Assembly (NCBI GenBank): GCA_902629075.1
Contig: CACOPK010000005.1
Span: 2,104 to 66,103, forward strand
Source of the DNA: an uncultured Pelagibacteraceae bacterium
GTDB lineage: Bacteria; Pseudomonadota; Alphaproteobacteria; Pelagibacterales; Pelagibacteraceae
Direction of reading: 5' to 3'
Length of the DNA: 64,000 nucleotides
Shown: in pieces, positions 47,252 to 54,879 of the stretch
Numbering within the stretch: position 1 is the stretch's first letter
Layout of the letters: every line of letters starts with the position of its first letter
Notes under the pieces: generated by a model
The model's input: the letters and a program-made list of their open reading frames with translations, nothing else
The model's database searches: none
What the model was told of the DNA's origin: nothing
Translations under genes and position numbers: made by a program

Positions 47252-47708
47252 AGAAAATATAATAAAATCGTTACTTGCTGGATTATTTTCTATAATAACT
47301 ATAGGAGCCTTAACATACTTAACTTATAAAACCACTTTTGGACTATTTTTAGTTGCTTCATTTGGATCAACAATGGTTTTGTTGTATGGATATCCTGAGA
47401 GTCCATTTGCTCAACCAAAAAATATATTTTTTGGTCACTTAGTTACTGCCCTTATTGGTATATTAGTTTTAAATTTTTTATCATTGCCTTTATTTATAAT
47501 AATCCCTATTGCAGTTGGGTTGGGAGTTGGTTTCATGATTTTATTAAATGTTACCCACCCGCCTGCTGGTGGAAACCCTATTATAGTAATAATTGGAAGT
47601 GTGTCTTATGATTATTTATTAAATCCAATTATATTAGGATCAATTATAGTTGTGGCTTTTGGGGTAATAATTAATAGATTTGTTTTAAAAAAGAAATACC
47701 CAAAGTAG
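47244..47708 (+). CDS. HPP family membrane protein
   Basis: ASFGST, PESPFAQP, GH, THPPAG. Confidence 0.9.
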   Translation: MNRENIIKSLLAGLFSIITIGALTYLTYKTTFGLFLVASFGSTMVLLYGYPESPFAQPKNIFFGHLVTALIGILVLNFLSLPLFIIIPIAVGLGVGFMILLNVTHPPAGGNPIIVIIGSVSYDYLLNPIILGSIIVVAFGVIINRFVLKKKYPK

Positions 47709-47719
47709 ACATTATTTAA

Positions 47720-47797
47720 TTGCTTGCTGTTAAGTTTTTATGGTAAGCTTAAATGTAAACTAACAATAAAGATATTTTACAACACATTAATTAGGAG
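47720..47797 (+). promoter_or_regulatory. Putative promoter and strong RBS for fdh
   Basis: TTGCTT..TG-G-TAAGCT (extended -10-like); AGGAG at 47793-47797. Confidence 0.4.
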
Positions 47798-47803
47798 AAT
47801 AAA

Positions 47804-49003
47804 ATGAAAGTACTTTGTATATTGTATGATGATCCAAAGGGAGGAATGCCAAAGAGTTACCCGTTGTCACAACTTCCTAAATTAGAAAAATATCCAGATG
47901 GGATGACATTACCTAGTCCAAAAGGTAGAGATTATACGCCTGGACAATTACTTGGATGTGTATCAGGAGAACTTGGATTAAGAAAATTTTTAGAAAGCAA
48001 TGGCCATGAGCTAATTGTAACAAATAGTAAAGATGGTGATGGATGTGAAGCAGATAAACATATTGTAGATGCAGATATAGTTATTTCACAACCTTTTTTT
48101 CCATATTACTTAACTAAAGAGAGAATTGCCAAAGCAAAAAACTTAAAGATGGCTATTACTGCTGGAATTGGATCTGATCACGTGGATTTACAGGCTGCAA
48201 TGGATAATAAAATTGATGTTGTAGAAGTCACTTTTTGTAATTCAAGATCTGTTGCAGAACATATTGTGATGATGATTGTATCAATGGTAAGAGATTATCA
48301 CAATCAACATAGAATTGTTAACGAAGGTGGTTGGAATATTGCTGATGCTGTTCAAAGATCTTATGATGTTGAGGGTATGCATATTGGTACGGTTGCTGCT
48401 GGAAGAATAGGATTAGATGCATTAAGAAAAATGAAACCATTTGATGTACATTTGCATTATTTTGACAGACACAAATTACCAGAGAGTGTTGAAAAAGAAT
48501 TAAATCTTACGTTCCATGAGTCGGTAGAATCAATGGTAAAGGTATGTGACGTCGTAACTATAAATTGCCCACTACACCCTGAAACAGAAAATTTATTTGA
48601 TGATGCTATGATAAGCAAAATGAAAAAAGGAGCATACATTGTCAATACCGCTAGAGGTAAAATTTGTAACAAAGATGCAATTGCAAAAGCACTTAAAAGT
48701 GGTCAACTAAGTGGATATGCAGGTGATGTCTGGTTTCCTCAACCAGCACCAAATGATCATATTTGGAGAACTATGCCAAATCATGGTATGACACCGCATA
48801 CATCGGGTACATCTTTAACTGCGCAAGCTAGATATGCAGACGGTGTAAGAGAAATTTTAGAATGTTTTTTTGATGGTAAAGAAATCAGAAATCAATACCT
48901 AATCGTGAAAGATGGACAATTAGCTGGTATGGGAGCGCACTCCTACAGTAAAGGTTCAGCTACAAGTGGGTCTGAAGAAGCGGCAAAATATAAAAAAAAA
49001 TAA
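47804..49003 (+). CDS. fdh: NAD-dependent, metal-independent formate dehydrogenase
   Basis: LLGCVSGELGLR, AGIGSDHVDL, GTVAAGRIG, NTARG, WFPQP, MTPH.SG as in Pseudomonas sp. 101-type FDH; YFDRH Asp suggests NAD preference. Confidence 0.95.
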   Translation: MKVLCILYDDPKGGMPKSYPLSQLPKLEKYPDGMTLPSPKGRDYTPGQLLGCVSGELGLRKFLESNGHELIVTNSKDGDGCEADKHIVDADIVISQPFFPYYLTKERIAKAKNLKMAITAGIGSDHVDLQAAMDNKIDVVEVTFCNSRSVAEHIVMMIVSMVRDYHNQHRIVNEGGWNIADAVQRSYDVEGMHIGTVAAGRIGLDALRKMKPFDVHLHYFDRHKLPESVEKELNLTFHESVESMVKVCDVVTINCPLHPETENLFDDAMISKMKKGAYIVNTARGKICNKDAIAKALKSGQLSGYAGDVWFPQPAPNDHIWRTMPNHGMTPHTSGTSLTAQARYADGVREILECFFDGKEIRNQYLIVKDGQLAGMGAHSYSKGSATSGSEEAAKYKKK

Positions 49004-49012
49004 GTAAAAATT

Positions 49013-49046
49013 TAAAACCCTAGAAATGTAAATTTCTAGGGTTTTA
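49013..49046 (+). terminator. Intrinsic terminator after fdh, possibly bidirectional
   Basis: Perfect 15-bp inverted repeat TAAAACCCTAGAAAT-GTAA-ATTTCTAGGGTTTTA. Confidence 0.85.
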
Positions 49047-49066
49047 CTCTAAAAATATTTTTTATT

Positions 49067-49237
49067 ATGAAAATAATAAAAAAATTTTATAAACCATTTG
49101 TGATTACTTATGTTTTATTAAGTATAGCCCTTGGATCTTATCCTACATTTGATTTTTATACTTTCAAAGGTCAATTAATAATACTTGGTGTTTCAATATT
49201 AAATGGAGTTATGGGAATATTCGTCAAAAAATTATAG
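49067..49237 (+). CDS. 56-aa two-TM hypothetical membrane protein (not in the ORF track)
   Basis: MKIIKKFYKPFVITYVLLSIALGSYPTFDFYTFKGQLIILGVSILNGVMGIFVKKL fills the gap and overlaps the convergent stop codon. Confidence 0.55.
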   Translation: MKIIKKFYKPFVITYVLLSIALGSYPTFDFYTFKGQLIILGVSILNGVMGIFVKKL

Positions 49238-50335
49238 CACATAAGGTTCGTGTCTTACTTCGCTATTTAGAACCCTTTCAACAGAAAAAGCACTTATATC
49301 TATAGTTTGATAAGAACCTGTAGTTATCAATTCAGTTAATGCTCTCCCAATTCCTGGAGCTTGCATCAATCCTCTGCCTGTAAAACCTGTCGCCATATAA
49401 ACATTTTCATATTTTGGATGTTTTCCTACAACAGCATTATTATCGAGTTTGTTGCAATCGTAATATCCAGCCCAACCCCCTGTTAATTTTAATTCTTCAA
49501 AGGCAGGTATTCTTTTAGCTAGCGCTGGCCAAACTAGCTCTTCAAAATCATTCCATGCAGGCTCTAAATCATTTGCATCAAATACTGAGATAGGTGAACC
49601 TGCTAAATATTCTTTACCTTCCGGCCTCCAGTAAACTCCAGTTGTTAAATCTCCAGTTAATGGCATTTCTGGAAAATGTTTTGGGCACTTTACTCTAAAG
49701 ACTGTATGTTTTTGAGGAACAACTGGAATATCATTTAACAACTCTTTTGTCCAACATCCAGCTGCTGAAACAATTGTTTTTGCATTAATTTCGTTTAGGC
49801 TTTTTACCTCACCTTTAACAAATTCGGCTCCTAATTCAATTGCCTTACTTTTTAAAGCTGAATGAAACAAGAAAGGGTCTATCCAACCTTCCGTTTTATT
49901 GTCTGTAAAAGTTGCAGTCTCTATTCCATCTGAATTAATATATGGAAAATATTTTGAAAGCTCAGTTCCTCTAATATTTTTTGTACCCGCGTCGCATTCT
50001 TTATGATTTTCTAATGCTTTATATTGCTCATCAGCATGTTCCGGACCAAACATTAATAGATATCCGTTTGTAACCATACTTGCTGTTGGATTTGGGTTTT
50101 TTGCTGTTTTTAAGGTCTCTGAAATATTAAATATGAATTCTTTAGCAAATTTTCCTAATAAAATATTTTCCTTTTGAAAGAATTGTCTTCTAAATCCACC
50201 TAAAGACAATGGAAAAGAGGCATTTTTATAGGTTGGGTCTCTCTCAATAACTTTTACTTTTCGACCCTCTTTTGAGAGAAAATAAGCAGCAGAAGCGCCA
50301 ATAATGCCTCCGCCTATTACAACTACATCATCCAT
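49232..50335 (-). CDS. FAD-dependent oxidoreductase (DAO/sarcosine oxidase beta/FOXRED1-like)
   Basis: GGGIIG, SLGGFRRQF, WAGYYD, ATGFTGRGLMQAPGIG. Confidence 0.85.
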   Translation of the reverse strand: MDDVVVIGGGIIGASAAYFLSKEGRKVKVIERDPTYKNASFPLSLGGFRRQFFQKENILLGKFAKEFIFNISETLKTAKNPNPTASMVTNGYLLMFGPEHADEQYKALENHKECDAGTKNIRGTELSKYFPYINSDGIETATFTDNKTEGWIDPFLFHSALKSKAIELGAEFVKGEVKSLNEINAKTIVSAAGCWTKELLNDIPVVPQKHTVFRVKCPKHFPEMPLTGDLTTGVYWRPEGKEYLAGSPISVFDANDLEPAWNDFEELVWPALAKRIPAFEELKLTGGWAGYYDCNKLDNNAVVGKHPKYENVYMATGFTGRGLMQAPGIGRALTELITTGSYQTIDISAFSVERVLNSEVRHEPYVL

Positions 50336-50387
50336 ACGAATTTATTACTAGCATAAATTAAAATAATAATTAAATACAATATTGCTT

Positions 50388-51149
50388 ATGAATAAAAAAG
50401 TAGTGTGGATAACTGGCGCAAGTAGTGGTATTGGCAAATCATTAGCCTTAAAATTTGCTAAAGAAGGCTGGAATGTCGCAATCTCAGCTAGAAGAGAAAA
50501 TTTACTAAATGAAATTTCCGAATCTAACCCAAATATAAAATCTTTTCCATTAGATGTTACTGATGAAAATAAGTGTAAAGATATATTTAATAAAATTAAA
50601 CAACAGTTTGGAAATATAGATATTTGTTTTTTTTCAACAGGAACATGGAGTCCAAAAGAAGAGAAGGATATAGATGTTAAACAAATTGAAAATGTTTTCA
50701 AAGTAAATTTTTTTGGGACTTTATATTGTATTAAAGCTGTTGAAGAATATTTCAAAAATAAAAAAGATGGAATTATAACAATAGTTTCATCAATTGCAGG
50801 TTATAGAGGTTTACCAAATACCACAGGATATGGACCATCAAAATCTGCATTAATTAGTTTAGCAGAGAGTTTATATTTTGACTTTGAAAAACATAATGTA
50901 AGAGTATGTTTGGTTTCACCTGGTTTTATAAAAACACCAATGACAGATAAAAATGATTTTAAAATGCCATTTTTAAAATCTCCAGAGTTTGCAGCGGATA
51001 AAATCTATGAGGGATTAGTAAAAAAAAATAATTTTGAAATTCATTTCCCTAAGGAACTTACATTAACACTGAAATTTTTCAAACTCTTGCCAAGTAAATT
51101 ATATTTTAATCTTGTAAAAAAAGGTACAAGGTTTCAAAAAAAAGATTAA
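50388..51149 (+). CDS. Short-chain dehydrogenase/reductase
   Basis: TGASSGIG, SS.AGYRGLP, YGPSK, PGFIKTPMT. Confidence 0.9.
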   Translation: MNKKVVWITGASSGIGKSLALKFAKEGWNVAISARRENLLNEISESNPNIKSFPLDVTDENKCKDIFNKIKQQFGNIDICFFSTGTWSPKEEKDIDVKQIENVFKVNFFGTLYCIKAVEEYFKNKKDGIITIVSSIAGYRGLPNTTGYGPSKSALISLAESLYFDFEKHNVRVCLVSPGFIKTPMTDKNDFKMPFLKSPEFAADKIYEGLVKKNNFEIHFPKELTLTLKFFKLLPSKLYFNLVKKGTRFQKKD

Positions 51150-51694
51150 TCTTTTACAAAAACTACTGTTAGATCTGCAACTCTAAATCCAAATTTTGTC
51201 ATCTTAGCTCTATTAATAGCTACTTTTTCATCTTGCATAAAAATCCAATCATCAAAAGTGATTTTCATTTCTTTGCCTTTTACAGGCACTAATAATACAT
51301 ATTCAAATTTAAATGCTGGCCCATATGAAAATCCTTTTGCTTTTCCGACCACATCTCCTGCTGTACCTTCATAATTATGTTCATCAATCTTATTAATTTT
51401 CCACTGTCTATTTTGAACTTCCCCATCATCCCAATTAAATATTTCATCTAAAATCAATTGTGTTCCATCCCATTTACCGTTTAAAATTGCTGAAAATTGT
51501 CTTGTGACTTTGCCTGATCTATTTTGTAAAATTCCCCAGGCCTTTACTTCGCCTGCTAAATATTCCTCAATTATTAATCTTGGTTTTTTATCTTTAAAAT
51601 CTTCTGGTTTCATAGAGCTATTTGATGAACAACTTGTAATAAATTGAGTGATAATTATCAATAAAATTAAATTAAAAAATTTATTAATTCTCAT
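51146..51694 (-). CDS. DUF3833 family lipoprotein
   Basis: Lipobox-like ITSC, AWG..Q.RSG.V.R.F, FDDW, NRA..KFG. Confidence 0.82.
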   Translation of the reverse strand: MRINKFFNLILLIIITQFITSCSSNSSMKPEDFKDKKPRLIIEEYLAGEVKAWGILQNRSGKVTRQFSAILNGKWDGTQLILDEIFNWDDGEVQNRQWKINKIDEHNYEGTAGDVVGKAKGFSYGPAFKFEYVLLVPVKGKEMKITFDDWIFMQDEKVAINRAKMTKFGFRVADLTVVFVKD

Positions 51695-51700
51695 AAATAT

Positions 51701-52879
51701 TTATTTATTTTGTAGTGAGAATTGTATCAAATCAATATTTTTTGATTTAAAACCTGCCTCACAATAAGACAAATAAAAATCCCACATTTTTTTAAATGTT
51801 AAATCAAATCCTTGCTTAGAAATTAAATCCCATTTTTTAAGAAACTCATCTCGCCAAATTTTTAAAGTGTCAGAGTAATGTTCGCCATATGAGTTCATTA
51901 AATTAAGTTTCAAGCCATTTTTTGTTGATAGTTCCTCTAAACTATTTTTAGAGGGCAAAAAACCCCCTGGAAATATATATTTTTGAATGAAATCTTCTTT
52001 TGTTTTATATCTTTTATATAACTTGTCATCGATTACAATTGCTTGAATGGCAGCTGTACCATTAACTCTTAAATTATTTTTAATCGTTTTAAAATAACTG
52101 TCTAAATAGTTTTGACCTACTGCTTCAATCATTTCAATAGATACAATTGAATTATATTTTTCATTAACATCTCTATAATCTTTCAATTCAATATTAATTT
52201 TATGATTTAAATTATTTTTAAATATTCTTTCCTTTGCAAATTCATATTGTTTTTTCGAAATTGTAATACAGTCTAACTTTACATCTAAATTCTTTCCTAC
52301 ATATTCAGCAAATCCGCCCCAGCCACATCCTATTTCTAAAATTCTATCACCTGGTTTTGGTTGAATTAAATTAATTAATTTTAAATATTTATTATATTGA
52401 GCAGATTCTAAATCTTTTTTTTTACTATCAAATATTGCACTTGAATAAGTTAGAGATTTATCTAACCACAAAGAAAAAAAATTATTTCCTAGATCATAGT
52501 GTTTGGCAATATTTTTTTTGCTTTTATTTTTAGTATTTTTTATTAGAAAGTTCCTAATCAAATTAATTACTGAAAAATCAAATACACCTGAAAATTTATA
52601 AATTATATTAATATTTTTTGCTGTTAATTCTATTAAGTTTGAAAGATTATTCGTTTCAAAATCACCTCTCATATAAGCCTCTGCCAATCCTATACTTCCA
52701 CTTTTAATTATTTTATAAGTGAAGCCAGGTTTGTTAATCTTTATATTAACATTTAGACCATTGGATTCTGTTCCAAAAATATATTTTTTATTATCATAAT
52801 TTGTAAGTTCTAGTACGCCATGTTTAATATGCTTCAACATGCTAAAAACTATTTTGTCTGAAATATTATTTAAACTCAT
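51701..52879 (-). CDS. cfa: Cyclopropane-fatty-acyl-phospholipid synthase family SAM methyltransferase (UfaM-like)
   Basis: HYDLGN.FF.LWLD..LTYSSA, LEIGCGWG, SIEMIEAVG, FIQKYIFPGG, YCEAGF. Confidence 0.9.
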   Translation of the reverse strand: MSLNNISDKIVFSMLKHIKHGVLELTNYDNKKYIFGTESNGLNVNIKINKPGFTYKIIKSGSIGLAEAYMRGDFETNNLSNLIELTAKNINIIYKFSGVFDFSVINLIRNFLIKNTKNKSKKNIAKHYDLGNNFFSLWLDKSLTYSSAIFDSKKKDLESAQYNKYLKLINLIQPKPGDRILEIGCGWGGFAEYVGKNLDVKLDCITISKKQYEFAKERIFKNNLNHKINIELKDYRDVNEKYNSIVSIEMIEAVGQNYLDSYFKTIKNNLRVNGTAAIQAIVIDDKLYKRYKTKEDFIQKYIFPGGFLPSKNSLEELSTKNGLKLNLMNSYGEHYSDTLKIWRDEFLKKWDLISKQGFDLTFKKMWDFYLSYCEAGFKSKNIDLIQFSLQNK

Positions 52880-53642
52880 TTGTCTCAAAGGTTATTTTAT
52901 TTAAAATTTTTATTTTTTTTTTTACTAATTTTACTTTTTTAAACCAAAGTTTGAATGCTTCAAAATGTATTGCAACTATTACTTTAAAAGTCATTAATGG
53001 ATGTTTTAAATAGTTTAGTATAAGGTTTTTAGAGGTTAAATCTTGACTTACTCCATCTTGTGAAGCAAATAAAAGCTTACCTTCTTTATCGTGTTGATTT
53101 ATTATTATAGATATTGAGTCTCCAGGTTTTGTAACACTAAAGTTATATTCACATTCCATATCAATAAAAGGCGACACATAAAACTTTTTATCACATTTGT
53201 TTTTTATTAATTTTTGATCTTTAGTTTCAAAAATATAAGTATGCTGTTCTCCAAATGTATTTTTTACTTCGTAAAAAATAGAAATTAATTCGTTGTTCTC
53301 ATTATAAACATATAAAATTGAAAGTGGATTAAATACATAACCAAGTATTCTTGGATAGCACAGAATTTCTACTCTAAAATTATTAAATTTGATATTTTTT
53401 TTAACTAAGTTTTCTTTCACCCATTGTTTAACGTTACTTCCATCTCTATTTCCGTGATCTTTGTCGAAAAAACTAATTAAATTTAATCTATTATATGAAA
53501 AAAAATTTAAATTATTATTTATTTCTTTAATTTCATCTAAATCAATCAATAGACTAAATACTTTATACTTAAAATGATGTTTTTTAGGTTTAAATCTTGT
53601 GTGTATTACTTGGCCTGAATAAATCTTAGAGTACTTAATCAT
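52866..53642 (-). CDS. DUF1365 family protein (UfaO-like)
   Basis: H.RFKP..H.F.Y, PRILGYVFNPLS, EVKNTFGEQH, KKFYVSPF. Confidence 0.88.
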   Translation of the reverse strand: MIKYSKIYSGQVIHTRFKPKKHHFKYKVFSLLIDLDEIKEINNNLNFFSYNRLNLISFFDKDHGNRDGSNVKQWVKENLVKKNIKFNNFRVEILCYPRILGYVFNPLSILYVYNENNELISIFYEVKNTFGEQHTYIFETKDQKLIKNKCDKKFYVSPFIDMECEYNFSVTKPGDSISIIINQHDKEGKLLFASQDGVSQDLTSKNLILNYLKHPLMTFKVIVAIHFEAFKLWFKKVKLVKKKIKILNKITFETNEFK

Positions 53643-54873
53643 TAATTGACTTTAACATATCTATTGAAGATGTAATTCCATCTTCATGGAATCCATAACC
53701 AAAATAACTCCCACAAAATAACGTATTATTAACATTTTGAATTTTTTTCAATCTAGTTTGGTTTTCAAGTGCCAACTTATCATAATATGGGTGTGTAAAC
53801 TTTACTTGTTTTAGGATTTTTTTTTTATCAATTTCATCAAATGGATTGAGTGATAAAAAAATATCTTCATTAAATTTTAAGTTTTGTAAAAGATTGAGCC
53901 AATATGTTACAGATGAATTTTCTCTAACATTTTTATTTAGTTTTGCATTCCAAGCACTCCATGCTTTTTTATTTTTGGGCATTTGATTTTTATCTGTATG
54001 AATTACAGCTAAATTACTTTTATATTTAAAGTTTGAAAGTAATTTTTTTTCATCTTCTGACGGATATTCTAATAGTGATAATGCTTCATCTGCATGTGTT
54101 GCGATTATTACTTTATCGTAAGTAAAGAACTCATTTTTTTCTCCATAAAATATTTCAACATTTTCTTTATATCTTTTGATTAAATTTATTTTATAATTTT
54201 TATAATATTCTCCACTTATTTTATTGAGTATTTTGTTAACGTATGTTCTGCTTCTATTTGAAACAGTATACCACTTAGGTCTATTTTTTAATTTAAATAA
54301 ACCATGATTTTGGAAAAATTTTAAAAAAAATTTTAATGGCATTTGACTAGCTTCATAGGGTGGCATTGACCAAATTGCAGCAACCATTGGAATAATATGA
54401 TAATCAATAAACTCTTTAGATAATTTTTCTTTATTTAAATACTCTCCAAGAGTTAAATTATTATTATCTACCTTGAAATTTTCATTTTTATTATAAAATT
54501 TTATTATATCAAAAAACATTTTTAAAAATTTTAAATTAAATAGGTTTGATATATTACAAAACATACCTGAAATACCTTTGCCACAGTATTCAAAATTTGT
54601 ATCTTTCACCGACACTGAAAAAGACATATTACTTTCCTCTATCTCTATTGAATTATCTTCGAAAAAATTAATGAGATTAGGATAAGTTTTATAATTAAAA
54701 ACTATAAAACCAATATCTGCTGATATTTTTTTATTATTTATATGAAGATCTAATGTGTGTGAATGACCTCCAAAATGATCATCTTTTTCAAAAAGGTCAA
54801 CTTTATATTTTTTTGATAAGTAATAGGCTGCACTTAACCCGGATATTCCAGATCCAATTACTGCAATTTTCAT
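53635..54873 (-). CDS. FAD-dependent oxidoreductase, COG2907 type (UfaD-like fatty acyl desaturase)
   Basis: GSGISGL, GGHSHT, DIGFIVFN..TYPN, AWSAWN, VTYW.N.LQ, GYGFHEDG. Confidence 0.87.
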   Translation of the reverse strand: MKIAVIGSGISGLSAAYYLSKKYKVDLFEKDDHFGGHSHTLDLHINNKKISADIGFIVFNYKTYPNLINFFEDNSIEIEESNMSFSVSVKDTNFEYCGKGISGMFCNISNLFNLKFLKMFFDIIKFYNKNENFKVDNNNLTLGEYLNKEKLSKEFIDYHIIPMVAAIWSMPPYEASQMPLKFFLKFFQNHGLFKLKNRPKWYTVSNRSRTYVNKILNKISGEYYKNYKINLIKRYKENVEIFYGEKNEFFTYDKVIIATHADEALSLLEYPSEDEKKLLSNFKYKSNLAVIHTDKNQMPKNKKAWSAWNAKLNKNVRENSSVTYWLNLLQNLKFNEDIFLSLNPFDEIDKKKILKQVKFTHPYYDKLALENQTRLKKIQNVNNTLFCGSYFGYGFHEDGITSSIDMLKSIND

Positions 54874-54879
54874 TAAAAA

